This document shows, piece after piece, positions 49,835-59,412 of a stretch of DNA of 64,000 nucleotides (its first letter is position 1; each line of letters starts with the position of its first letter). The position numbers and the translations under genes are program-made. This DNA is from an uncultured virus (IMG/VR IMGVR_UViG_3300029939_000002) (Duplodnaviria > Heunggongvirae > Uroviricota > Caudoviricetes). The notes under the pieces were generated by a model. That model saw only the letters and a program-made list of their open reading frames with translations, was not told where the DNA came from and ran no database searches. Location of the stretch: IMG/VR virus record IMGVR_UViG_3300029939_000002, one strand, 5' to 3'.

Positions 49835-51130
49835 TTAACGCAGAATGCCCAGGATGGTCGGGTTCTCCACAGGATGCTTTCCTTCGACCTGACGATTGAT
49901 GACGTCGGTCTTCAGACGCTGGAACGTGGTGGCGCCGAGAATCAGGGCCGGATCGAGAACCGCCGCCTTCAACTTGCCGCTCGGATAGGTGATGTCATCA
50001 CCGACCGGACGATCGAAGTTGTTGGCCGTGATGTCGGTGACGCCGGTCCAGATGGTTTCGTTGTTGTTGATCAGGGTCATCATCGCACGGATGGTATTGC
50101 CGGTGTCGTCCATGTGATGGCTGATGACCAGAGCAGTTTCATCATAGACGGCATTGCCATCGCCGTCGGTCTTCGGCGTGGAGGTGGCACGCGCTTCGAC
50201 CAGATTGTGCATCAGATCGATTTCAATGTCGGTGATGTCGGCACTGACCGGCTTGTCGAGATTGGCAGTCACGGTGTCGGAGTGCAGATCCTTCCAATGA
50301 TCGATCTTGGCGATGCCGGCGGCGGTGTCATTCTTCAGGCCGAAATGCGGAACGAAGATCTGACTGTACAGCGGCCAATCCAGTTGAAGAGCACCGACGG
50401 CCAAACGACGCTGCATCGCATCGATCAGATTGGCCAGCGGAGTATCATCTTCCAGAGGAGTGGCCAGGACCTTGCCGTCGGCGGCCGAAGCGAACGCCGC
50501 ATGAACCAGGGTCATGCCGATTTCGAACAGCTTGCTGTCGCCGCCGAGCGGAATGACATGCGTGACCTGGAAGAAAGTCTGGATCAGGGTGTTCGGAGAG
50601 AACTTGTTGTAGAAAGCGAAACCGATATAGCCACCGACTTCGACGACGCAGCTGACGTGCCGCTGACGACCACGGGTCTCGTCATTGGCATTCTTCGGAT
50701 GGTCATAAGCCTGGCGATTGATGTTGATCGACCGGGGCTTGCCGGCATGCTTGTTGGCGACGACGATGACATTGCCGACTTCACGGGCGCCATATTCGTT
50801 CACGGTCGGATAAAGAGTCTGGGCCTTGCCGGCGTTCGAGGACATGACATGGGCGCGGACATTCAGCATCGACTTGATGATGGCGATGAAATTCTCGGTC
50901 TTGATGCCGCCCTTGACCAGCTCACGGCAGGTCTTGCCGGTGATCGAAGTCATGTTCAGCTGCGGAACGTCCTTGTCCTGCGGCACCTCCGAGACCAGCG
51001 GCCAGGATTCGATCTCCTTGCGCATGCTGTCCCAGTCGATGAGGGGGGCTGCGGACTCCGAAACAAGAGTACCAATCATGGTAGCAGAAGTCAAAGCGTC
51101 AGCAGTCAGCGTGGAAATATCAAAGTGCAT
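49835..51130 (-). CDS. Unknown protein, probably highly expressed
   Basis: 431 aa; C/G-ending codons like chimallin and capsid; monocistronic with TATATATTAA upstream (~51208-51217). Confidence 0.75.
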   Translation of the reverse strand: MHFDISTLTADALTSATMIGTLVSESAAPLIDWDSMRKEIESWPLVSEVPQDKDVPQLNMTSITGKTCRELVKGGIKTENFIAIIKSMLNVRAHVMSSNAGKAQTLYPTVNEYGAREVGNVIVVANKHAGKPRSININRQAYDHPKNANDETRGRQRHVSCVVEVGGYIGFAFYNKFSPNTLIQTFFQVTHVIPLGGDSKLFEIGMTLVHAAFASAADGKVLATPLEDDTPLANLIDAMQRRLAVGALQLDWPLYSQIFVPHFGLKNDTAAGIAKIDHWKDLHSDTVTANLDKPVSADITDIEIDLMHNLVEARATSTPKTDGDGNAVYDETALVISHHMDDTGNTIRAMMTLINNNETIWTGVTDITANNFDRPVGDDITYPSGKLKAAVLDPALILGATTFQRLKTDVINRQVEGKHPVENPTILGILR

Positions 51131-51236
51131 TTATTTAATTCCCAATTTTAACGGATTTTAGAGAATAGACTGATCAAGACGCGTTCTTAACCAGTCTTCT
51201 CTACATATTAATATATATGTATTTTTTATTTCAAAT

Positions 51237-53495
51237 TTAACTATCTGCTAAAATAGTCATTGTTTTAGGACCAGCAGAAGTGTATATTAGTTTAGTAGTA
51301 TGATTGTATTTTTCATAATAAATAATATCATCCGAAGAAGATTCGTTTATAATAAAATTAGGATATGGATTACTAATAGTTGTATATGTATAAAATTCTA
51401 AATCACTTAAATTAGCAATAGGTAAAGAACAAACGTCGTTATAAAAAATAGGATCTAACTGAAAACCATTTTCTAAAACAGTTAAGTATCCAATGAGACC
51501 TCTCATATTACCATCAGACCATTTATTATTGTTATATGTTAATGTATTTACTTTTACATTAATATAATTTAAATCGCAAATAGTATTCTCATCTGTCTGC
51601 AATGAAATAATAAAAGAAGATACTGGTTTTGATTGTATCGTAGCATATCCAATAGGACCATCAATAATACTTACATTTGAAGTAGATACAGTAAATGTAT
51701 CTATTGTATTATCTTCATAATTAACTATAATACTAAATGTGTTAGGAATAGTATTTGTTGTTTCTTTATTAAAATGAACTGTTATTTCATTTATAACTAA
51801 TGGATTTATTAAAACTTGATTGATTGACAGAATATTAGAAGTTGATGTTGACATATTGTATTTATAAATATCGTAATTATTTTCAGTAATATCTATATTT
51901 GTAAGAGTAGGGATATTATAATACGCATCCGTTATTGTGCATTCAGAAAATACATTTATTCCATTGGAATTCTTTTTATTTGTGTAGAGATAAGGAAGTG
52001 GATATAATTCTAAAGAAATAGTTTCTTGATCTGTAGATGTATATGCAACCATATATGTATGATTTTGTACCAGGGTATTTATATCAAAATAAAAAGGAGA
52101 TATGACAGACATCAAAGAAGTAGCTGAATTATCTGGTGTTCTCATAGCAACACCGATATTGGTATTTATAGCAATATCATTTAAATTAGTATCTGCAAAA
52201 ATAATATCAAATCCGAATGTATAATTTTCAAGAGTTGTATCAGTCTGTTCAATTGAAACTGTAATAGAATCTGCTGAAATAGAATTCATAGGAATAGAAT
52301 ATAATTGATACCCAGAAATATTCTCATTAAAGACGGATGTAAATTCTTTTACATATCCATTTGTACTAACAATAAGTTTTAAAGGACATCCAGTATCTAA
52401 AGATGCATTACTAACAATATTAATTGTTTCTAATAGTCGAGTTTGTGTAAATGTATATGTAACTGTTGGTAGTTTTGAAGAAGGAATGACTGCATATCTA
52501 GAATCGATAGGAACTGTTGCATCTATCATAGAAACACAATCTATATCTTTATCATTAATCAATATTGTTCCTGATTGTAAACAAAAATTAGTTTTGGAAA
52601 TATGGTTTAAATATTGTGTTATGAAGGTAACAGGAACATCAATATATCCAGAAAAAAGTTCTTTAGGATAATTACCATTTAGATTACAAACGATCGTATT
52701 TGGTTTATATGTTCCAATGAGAGAAAGATCTGTTTTTAAAGCATACTGACTATGCGTGTGGTTAACAGGAGCAGCATTAATAAGTTCTGGCGTAATATTG
52801 TGAGGATTTTTAGCAGCAAGGTGTGCTTGCATAGTCGTTGCTAGAATAGTACCAACTGCCTGATCCATATCATTCTTTGTAATATAATTACTTAAATCAG
52901 AATAATTAAAATAACTTGCTATTTGTGAATTAATATAATCATAAAGCTCTTGACTAACTTTGATAAGATAACCATTTAGAATAGTAGTTGATCCATTTGT
53001 ATCAGGATCAACTTGTTGAATTGTTAATGTATCAGTAAGTGAACTACTAACAGGATAAACTGTACCACATCTACCGGTTGTTGTAATAGTTCTTAAAGAT
53101 TCGCCGTTTAAAGTTATATTTAAATATCCAGTCAATTCTTTAATATCAAAACATAAGAAATAATACCCGGCACTGTCATAAACATTAGGTATTGTAATAA
53201 AATTATTTATACTACCTTCAACATAATCTATCGTTAATGAACCATCTAAACTCTCCCAACCAGAATAGATCCAACCATATTGGATATCAGTAGATGAATT
53301 TGTAAATGTTGATGATAATAACGATTCACTAAATATATTTGTAAAGTTAGCACTTAACTTATCTAAAACATCCATCCAATTTTTATTTAAGTTACCAAGA
53401 GCTTTATGTAAAGCAATAGTGTTAGGAACTACATTAGGAGATATGACAGTAGGATCTGAAGTTATTTTTGGCGGTTTTGTCGTAAATTCGACCAT
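51237..53495 (-). CDS. Putative baseplate/tail structural protein
   Basis: HLAAKNPHNITPELINAAPVNHTH fibre motif flanked by beta-sandwich domains. Confidence 0.6.
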   Translation of the reverse strand: MVEFTTKPPKITSDPTVISPNVVPNTIALHKALGNLNKNWMDVLDKLSANFTNIFSESLLSSTFTNSSTDIQYGWIYSGWESLDGSLTIDYVEGSINNFITIPNVYDSAGYYFLCFDIKELTGYLNITLNGESLRTITTTGRCGTVYPVSSSLTDTLTIQQVDPDTNGSTTILNGYLIKVSQELYDYINSQIASYFNYSDLSNYITKNDMDQAVGTILATTMQAHLAAKNPHNITPELINAAPVNHTHSQYALKTDLSLIGTYKPNTIVCNLNGNYPKELFSGYIDVPVTFITQYLNHISKTNFCLQSGTILINDKDIDCVSMIDATVPIDSRYAVIPSSKLPTVTYTFTQTRLLETINIVSNASLDTGCPLKLIVSTNGYVKEFTSVFNENISGYQLYSIPMNSISADSITVSIEQTDTTLENYTFGFDIIFADTNLNDIAINTNIGVAMRTPDNSATSLMSVISPFYFDINTLVQNHTYMVAYTSTDQETISLELYPLPYLYTNKKNSNGINVFSECTITDAYYNIPTLTNIDITENNYDIYKYNMSTSTSNILSINQVLINPLVINEITVHFNKETTNTIPNTFSIIVNYEDNTIDTFTVSTSNVSIIDGPIGYATIQSKPVSSFIISLQTDENTICDLNYINVKVNTLTYNNNKWSDGNMRGLIGYLTVLENGFQLDPIFYNDVCSLPIANLSDLEFYTYTTISNPYPNFIINESSSDDIIYYEKYNHTTKLIYTSAGPKTMTILADS

Positions 53496-53546
53496 TTATA
53501 TACGAGTCCTTTTCAGGAGAGAGGAATTCATAAGATGGATTTAAAC

Positions 53547-53576
53547 AGAGTGATGTGGGATATCCCACATCACTCT
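53547..53576. terminator. Perfect 30-bp loopless palindrome
   Basis: agagtgatgtgggat|atcccacatcactct, after dnaB. Confidence 0.65.
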
Positions 53577-53584
53577 TGTAATAT

Positions 53585-55159
53585 TTAGAAAATGTCCATA
53601 ACAACATGTTGTTTTTGTCTATCATCATCATTTGTAGGAATAGCATAAATATCTCTTGTAAATGTAGGTTTACCATCAATGTCGTCTTTAATACCATAAT
53701 CAGAAAATCTATACGCAAAGAATTTATGTGCATCTTTTGTTTTATCTTGATATCTATGTTTACCACGTTTAAACGTGAGATAATAAATACCATCTTGGTT
53801 CTTTTCAATATGAATAAATATTTCAAGATCAACTTCTCTAGCGACATCCATACTTTCTGCAATATGCTCTGTATCAAATCGTTTAACAATATTCTTAATA
53901 CCAGTATTTACAAGTTCGGTTGCTTTACGATTTAGAGGATGTGCCGTAATAAGACTAATACCTTTTGATTTTGTGTAATTACAAGCATTACTAAAAAGTT
54001 CCTTAACAAGAAGATGGGTTCCGACTGATGAAGATCGTTCAGATCCATTTCCTTTATACATAAGATTCATATAGTCGATAACAGCTAATTTTATTTCATA
54101 TCCAGAGTTCTCATAATATTCAACAACATTAACAAAATCTTTAAATCCAAATTCTGAAGGAAGATAACGAAGAATAATAAACGACCATCCCATCTTATTA
54201 AAGAATTTGTACATCCAATCAATAATAGCATCATCATCCATATCGCTAGAATCTTTATTATTAATATTTTCATAATAATGCTTGAAGACCCACATCATGT
54301 TCTGGAAGGCTTCATTTTCTAATGATATGAACAATGCTAATGGTTTTTTAGAAATATCTTTGAGATTTGGTTTATTGTACAAGATAGCATGAGTAGCAAC
54401 ACTCATACATAGACCAGATTTATAGTTATGCGGAAGAGCATAAAAAACAACAGACTCACCTTCCATGATTCCACCACGACCAGGACCAGTCATGATATTC
54501 AAACCTTGAAGGCCTGTTTTGAATATACCATTAATAGCTCTATCTTTATATTTTGTAATACCTTTCTTGAGAGAATCTTTCTCAGAGAAATCTATACTTT
54601 CTACTGGTTTTTTAGCCAATGTATTTTTCATCATAGAAGACATAGCTTCTTCAAATATTTGTTGAATAGCATTTGCTTGTTTATTAATTTCACTTAATTC
54701 TTGTTCTTGGTCTTCACTATTTAAACTATCTGCAAATTTACTAAGAGCAATATAACCGCGTCTTTGATGTTTACTGATCAAATGCCACATGAGTGCCATT
54801 TGTACTTTCTTAGCAGTCTCTTCTAATTGTTGAAAACTGATTTCCACTTTACTTAAGAAAATACTTTCAAGTAATTTTAAAGTTTCTGATTTATTAAAAG
54901 CACTCTTATCTGTATTGATTTTCAACAATAATGATTTTAGACCAGCTTCGTCATTTTTAGTTATATTGTTCCTCAGGATCTCTTTAATAAGTTTAACATA
55001 AAAACGACTATTGTCATTTTCTGATGGCGTATTTGTTTTACTATCATCGTCATATATTTTAATAAGATCCTTAACAGTTGCTTTAGTCTTATCTGAATTT
55101 TCATAAATAAGTAGAATCATACAATCAATAAAAAAGTCAGGAGAAAAAAGCATCAACAA
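53585..55159 (-). CDS. dnaB: DnaB-like replicative helicase (phiKZ gp118-like)
   Basis: KTGLQGLN, Walker A variant ALPHNYKS, ISLEN, VIDYM, TAHPLNR and RGKHR. Confidence 0.88.
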   Translation of the reverse strand: MLMLFSPDFFIDCMILLIYENSDKTKATVKDLIKIYDDDSKTNTPSENDNSRFYVKLIKEILRNNITKNDEAGLKSLLLKINTDKSAFNKSETLKLLESIFLSKVEISFQQLEETAKKVQMALMWHLISKHQRRGYIALSKFADSLNSEDQEQELSEINKQANAIQQIFEEAMSSMMKNTLAKKPVESIDFSEKDSLKKGITKYKDRAINGIFKTGLQGLNIMTGPGRGGIMEGESVVFYALPHNYKSGLCMSVATHAILYNKPNLKDISKKPLALFISLENEAFQNMMWVFKHYYENINNKDSSDMDDDAIIDWMYKFFNKMGWSFIILRYLPSEFGFKDFVNVVEYYENSGYEIKLAVIDYMNLMYKGNGSERSSSVGTHLLVKELFSNACNYTKSKGISLITAHPLNRKATELVNTGIKNIVKRFDTEHIAESMDVAREVDLEIFIHIEKNQDGIYYLTFKRGKHRYQDKTKDAHKFFAYRFSDYGIKDDIDGKPTFTRDIYAIPTNDDDRQKQHVVMDIF

Positions 55160-55244
55160 ATCCCCTTTCTGTTTCCTAATATTTATAGCGTCAAATTAAC
55201 ATATTATAAGTCTTTAATAGATTTTTTTATCTATTAAATCTCCA

Positions 55245-56939
55245 GTGAAGGACAATGCTCCCATGGACAGACAGCCACTTATTGTTTTAAATGATATTTT
55301 CAGAAATATTTCAGTACTTGATAAAGTTATTTTTGATGATACTGCTATTAATTTAGATCTTAAAATAAATATAGACATTAGAAATGTCGATCTTGATAAT
55401 GATAAGCTTCTTTTAGAACAAATTATTATGTATAAATATTTTAATATATTTGTTGAATCTAATACTCATTCTCATGTTCTTGCTTTATTATCATTGGTTA
55501 AAGATAATATCATTACTATGTCTCAATCAGTTAAAGATAGCCAGATTGGTCAATATGTAAATAAGTATATTCATACAAACAATATTATTGATAGTGATAT
55601 TCCTTTATTAAAAGGATTATATCTGAAACACGGATTATCTAAATTAAATGGTATTCTAGCTATCTTCTCAGCTATTAATTTTGAAACTACCAATACAAAA
55701 ACTATTTTTTATGTCCCTAGAGTCAATTTGAAAAGCGATCTATTCCCATTACAATTAGATCCTATCCATCATGTTGTCATTGATACAGATGAATTGATTT
55801 GTAATAGCAAATTTAATAAGAATTCGGATAATTACTGGAAGATGATAAATAGTCTTAAGTTTCTTACGATGAAACCTAGCTTTTTAGAAATTGCTAAAGT
55901 TATTGCATTGACTGCTCTTCCTATTAATGCTATTAATAATGGTATTATTTCATATAAGAATTTTGTCTGTGCAAATCTTTGTTTGAAATATACTAAGAAT
56001 AAAGCATTTGCCATACATGTTAGCAATTTTGAAAATGTTGGTGCCGACAATACTGGTTATTACATTTATGATGTTAAAGACGCCACTCGTTATTGGGAAA
56101 GAATACGTGATGCTTTAGAAGGAATTGAAAATTATGATAGTATTGATAGAGTTCTTATTTATGTTGATGATTATTATTATAAAAAATCACCAAATGGTTT
56201 CGTATCCGGTAGTGGACACGATACTGGATATTTTTATGGATTAGAAGCTCTAGGCGATGTTAAAGATGATGAAGAAGACGATGAGGAAAATGAAGATAAA
56301 ACAGATGCCACTGAAAATAATCAAGATGATAATATCGAAGCAGATAAACCCATATCAGAAGAAGATGATCCTGAAAATACAGTAGATAATAAAGACACAA
56401 AGGGATCAGACGATGAAACGAAAGTTCCTAACAAAGATGATTCGTCTGATGCTTCCCCAAGTTCTGATATTTCTGGTGAAGATACTACCAATAATAATAG
56501 TAATAGTGATGCTAATCCTGATAGTACTATCAGCGATGATGACACCAATTCACAAGGAACCGATGAATCTGGCGATGGAACATCTGATGACGCTAACTTT
56601 GGTGATACAAACACTATAGATAATGGTGATGATGATAATATAGACAATCAAGACGATGGTTCTGCATCATCTGAAGTCTCTGATGAAATCTCCGAAGATG
56701 AGAATTCTCAGCTGTTCATTCCGCTGATCGATTCCAAAGAGACTCTAAATGATCATTTTGTTAGACTCGCTGTTGCTAAACTCAATGGTGATATTAAGAA
56801 TGATCCTCAGTATTCTTCAGAAACTAAAGCCTATCTTGACGAATGGTGTAAGCTGTGGTTATTCACATCTTCCATTGATGCAACCAAAACGCTCTTGACC
56901 AAGCTTGGTCTTAATACGCGTATTTCAGGAGTTCTTTGA
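55245..56939 (+). CDS. Head-associated protein with a long acidic disordered region (gp119 position)
   Basis: Precedes the capsid gene; YGLEA processing-like site followed by a long D/E/S/N-rich tract. Confidence 0.6.
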   Translation: MKDNAPMDRQPLIVLNDIFRNISVLDKVIFDDTAINLDLKINIDIRNVDLDNDKLLLEQIIMYKYFNIFVESNTHSHVLALLSLVKDNIITMSQSVKDSQIGQYVNKYIHTNNIIDSDIPLLKGLYLKHGLSKLNGILAIFSAINFETTNTKTIFYVPRVNLKSDLFPLQLDPIHHVVIDTDELICNSKFNKNSDNYWKMINSLKFLTMKPSFLEIAKVIALTALPINAINNGIISYKNFVCANLCLKYTKNKAFAIHVSNFENVGADNTGYYIYDVKDATRYWERIRDALEGIENYDSIDRVLIYVDDYYYKKSPNGFVSGSGHDTGYFYGLEALGDVKDDEEDDEENEDKTDATENNQDDNIEADKPISEEDDPENTVDNKDTKGSDDETKVPNKDDSSDASPSSDISGEDTTNNNSNSDANPDSTISDDDTNSQGTDESGDGTSDDANFGDTNTIDNGDDDNIDNQDDGSASSEVSDEISEDENSQLFIPLIDSKETLNDHFVRLAVAKLNGDIKNDPQYSSETKAYLDEWCKLWLFTSSIDATKTLLTKLGLNTRISGVL

Positions 56940-59257
56940 CAATGAGCAAACTTAATTCATGGAAGCAGCAGCTGCGTGGTGTTGCCCAGAACAGCGGTCT
57001 GTCTCTGGGTGCTGCGTTCACTCTGGCTGCGGCGACAGAATCATTTCTGAGTTCGAATTCATTGGTTGCTTCGGTCACCAATGCTGCCGGCCTGGAATAT
57101 TTCGACAAGCCGATGACCGTCATTCGTGGCGCTGAAGAGCGCATCGACCTGGCCGCCGTTGAAAACTTCGTCATCGGTACCATCGAATCGATGAGCGGCT
57201 CGACCCAGAACAATCGTCTGGATCGTACCAATCCTCGCATTGCGGCGGCCATCGAAGCTGCTACGCTTGGTGTCATGGGGCATCTGCATTCGACCAATGC
57301 CAACTTTGCTGATGCCAAGGGCGGCGTTGCCGGAACCGAATGCATCGCTCTGGGCTCGCTGTTCGGCAATGGTGGTGTCAATGCTGTCACTAACGATATC
57401 GCTGCCGGCGAGTCGTTCGGTGAAGGCATCGATAGCGTCGTCACCGATGTTCGTCTGTCGATCTCGCTGACCATGCTGCGCGTCTTCAAGTCGCTGATCG
57501 ATCGTATCCTGCCGCGCATCGCTACCGAAGAAACCGTCGTCGTCACCAAGATCGCCAATGGCGATGTTTACGATCTGGCTGCTTCGCAGAACCCGAACGC
57601 CGATATTCGCTATTCGAACGCCATTCGCACTCCTCTGATCCGGCTGATGCGCGATCCTTCGTTCGTCGACACCACCGCCAAACGTGTCGAACTGTTCATG
57701 GAAAACGACGATTCGACCAACCCTGTCCTGGTTCACCAGAACTTGGTTAAGGTCGGCGTGCCGTTCAACATGTTCAAGCTCGGCGTCAGCTCCAACACCG
57801 TCGGCTACGACAATCTGAACTGGACTGACATCATCGGCGAAGGCGCCTATGTTCGCGAAGTCTGGATCGCCGTCACCGACGGCACGACCACGGAATATAT
57901 CCCTGTTCGTACCGAATATCAGGCAGCCTCGCGTCTGGTGCAGCGCACCAACACGAACGACTCGGCCGATCGTGAAGCAGCTCCTCGTATCCAGCGTGTC
58001 ATTCCTTCGACTGCTGTTACCGCTGCGGGCACTGCGTCATCGTTGTTGTCTGTTCTTGGTGACGCCGGTGCCGAAATCGATCTCAACTTCACCATGAAGC
58101 TTAACCTCAAGACCGGCGCCTCGACAGGCTATGGTAGCTTGAACGCCCAGCTTTTCCCTGCCGCCGGCACGACCGTTGCGGATGCCGTGAATACTGCTTA
58201 CAACAAGCTGTCCTTCTCGCTGTTCGCTTTCGAACCCTTCGCCCAGTACAGCGAAGAAAATATGCGCAAGGCGAATATTTCGGCTCGCGTGACACAGAAG
58301 GAGCAGTCCTTCTATATTCCCGTGTCTCGCATGTACACCGCCGAATACAGCATCAAGGACACTGAAGGCAAGTCGGCCGAAGACATCATCAAGATCCTCA
58401 ATGATATCATGTCGCTGGGCAATGATGCCAAGGCCGTTCGCATGATCGGCGAGTGCCTGAACAACGTCTACAATCGCCTGAAGCACGAGGAAACCGATCC
58501 CCTCATCGACTGGTACAATTCGGTGGCTCAGGACTTCCTGGCCGGCACTCTGTGTAACCCGAATGTCTGGCGTGGTGTTCTGGACGTTTCCAATGCCGTC
58601 GTTATGCGTGAAACCGAGCGTAACTCGGACATGCATTCGCTGGTTATGAATCGTCTGAATGCGATCATCGCCGACTCGCAGCTGACCTCGCTGTACCTGA
58701 ACCAGCTGAACCCTGGCGAAAAGGCTGTGTATCGTCTGGTCACCACCCCGACGATCATTGCAACCCTGCTGGCCATCAAAACCTACTTCAACGAACTGAA
58801 CGACACTCGCGTCGAAGAAGCTCCGTCGGCAGACTACAGCTTCTATCTTCCGAACGGCTCACGCATCGACTGCGTCGCCACGTCGTACAAGAACTTTGAA
58901 GGTCTGATGCTCATCGTCCCGGTTCGCGATGCTGACCCGGAAAGCGTCATCAGCTTTGGCAAGAATCTGGACCGTGGCATCTTCGCCGGCAAGTTCACGT
59001 TCAACAACGCCATGGCCGTGACTCAGCGCGCTGTCGCCAACAGCCGTGAGGTCGTCTACCCGACGAACCCGATCGGCATGATCATCAGCGTTAAGGGTCT
59101 CGATGCCATTCTGAAGCTGATGTTGTCTGAATCCATCCAGGTGAACAACAATCCTCTGGTTGGCAACGATGGCGTTCTGACTTCAGGTGTCGATGGTGTC
59201 GGTCAGGCCTTAGTTAATGCCGATGCTGAAATCGATGAGACTGATCCCCAGGCTTAA
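56936..59257 (+). CDS. Major capsid protein (phiKZ gp120-like)
   Basis: 773 aa; AGESF maturation-like site; dnaB/gp119/MCP synteny; GC-rich codons; strong terminator. Confidence 0.82.
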   Translation: MTMSKLNSWKQQLRGVAQNSGLSLGAAFTLAAATESFLSSNSLVASVTNAAGLEYFDKPMTVIRGAEERIDLAAVENFVIGTIESMSGSTQNNRLDRTNPRIAAAIEAATLGVMGHLHSTNANFADAKGGVAGTECIALGSLFGNGGVNAVTNDIAAGESFGEGIDSVVTDVRLSISLTMLRVFKSLIDRILPRIATEETVVVTKIANGDVYDLAASQNPNADIRYSNAIRTPLIRLMRDPSFVDTTAKRVELFMENDDSTNPVLVHQNLVKVGVPFNMFKLGVSSNTVGYDNLNWTDIIGEGAYVREVWIAVTDGTTTEYIPVRTEYQAASRLVQRTNTNDSADREAAPRIQRVIPSTAVTAAGTASSLLSVLGDAGAEIDLNFTMKLNLKTGASTGYGSLNAQLFPAAGTTVADAVNTAYNKLSFSLFAFEPFAQYSEENMRKANISARVTQKEQSFYIPVSRMYTAEYSIKDTEGKSAEDIIKILNDIMSLGNDAKAVRMIGECLNNVYNRLKHEETDPLIDWYNSVAQDFLAGTLCNPNVWRGVLDVSNAVVMRETERNSDMHSLVMNRLNAIIADSQLTSLYLNQLNPGEKAVYRLVTTPTIIATLLAIKTYFNELNDTRVEEAPSADYSFYLPNGSRIDCVATSYKNFEGLMLIVPVRDADPESVISFGKNLDRGIFAGKFTFNNAMAVTQRAVANSREVVYPTNPIGMIISVKGLDAILKLMLSESIQVNNNPLVGNDGVLTSGVDGVGQALVNADAEIDETDPQA

Positions 59258-59298
59258 TACCTGCGAATAAGTCAAAGTCGAAAAACACGTGATGCATG

Positions 59299-59337
59299 GG
59301 ATGGTGGGCGAAAGCTCACCATCCTGTGTATTTTTTT
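59299..59337 (+). terminator. Intrinsic terminator after the capsid gene
   Basis: ggatggtgggc-gaaa-gctcaccatcc followed by a T7 run. Confidence 0.8.
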
Positions 59338-59412
59338 GTATAAATCAAAAATTAAATTAACTTAAAGACCGACATCATATGTATTTTCAACATAAGACAT
59401 CAAGGATCTCTT

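Noticed and set aside
49823..51151. 442-aa plus-strand ORF
   Set aside because: Antisense shadow of the GC3-rich minus-strand gene 49835..51130; such codon bias suppresses antisense stops.
56911..58779. Several long overlapping ORFs within the capsid gene (likewise within 3376..4281, 6221..7744, 23103..23732 and 29522..31108)
   Set aside because: Shadow frames of GC-rich genes with no RBS or motif support.
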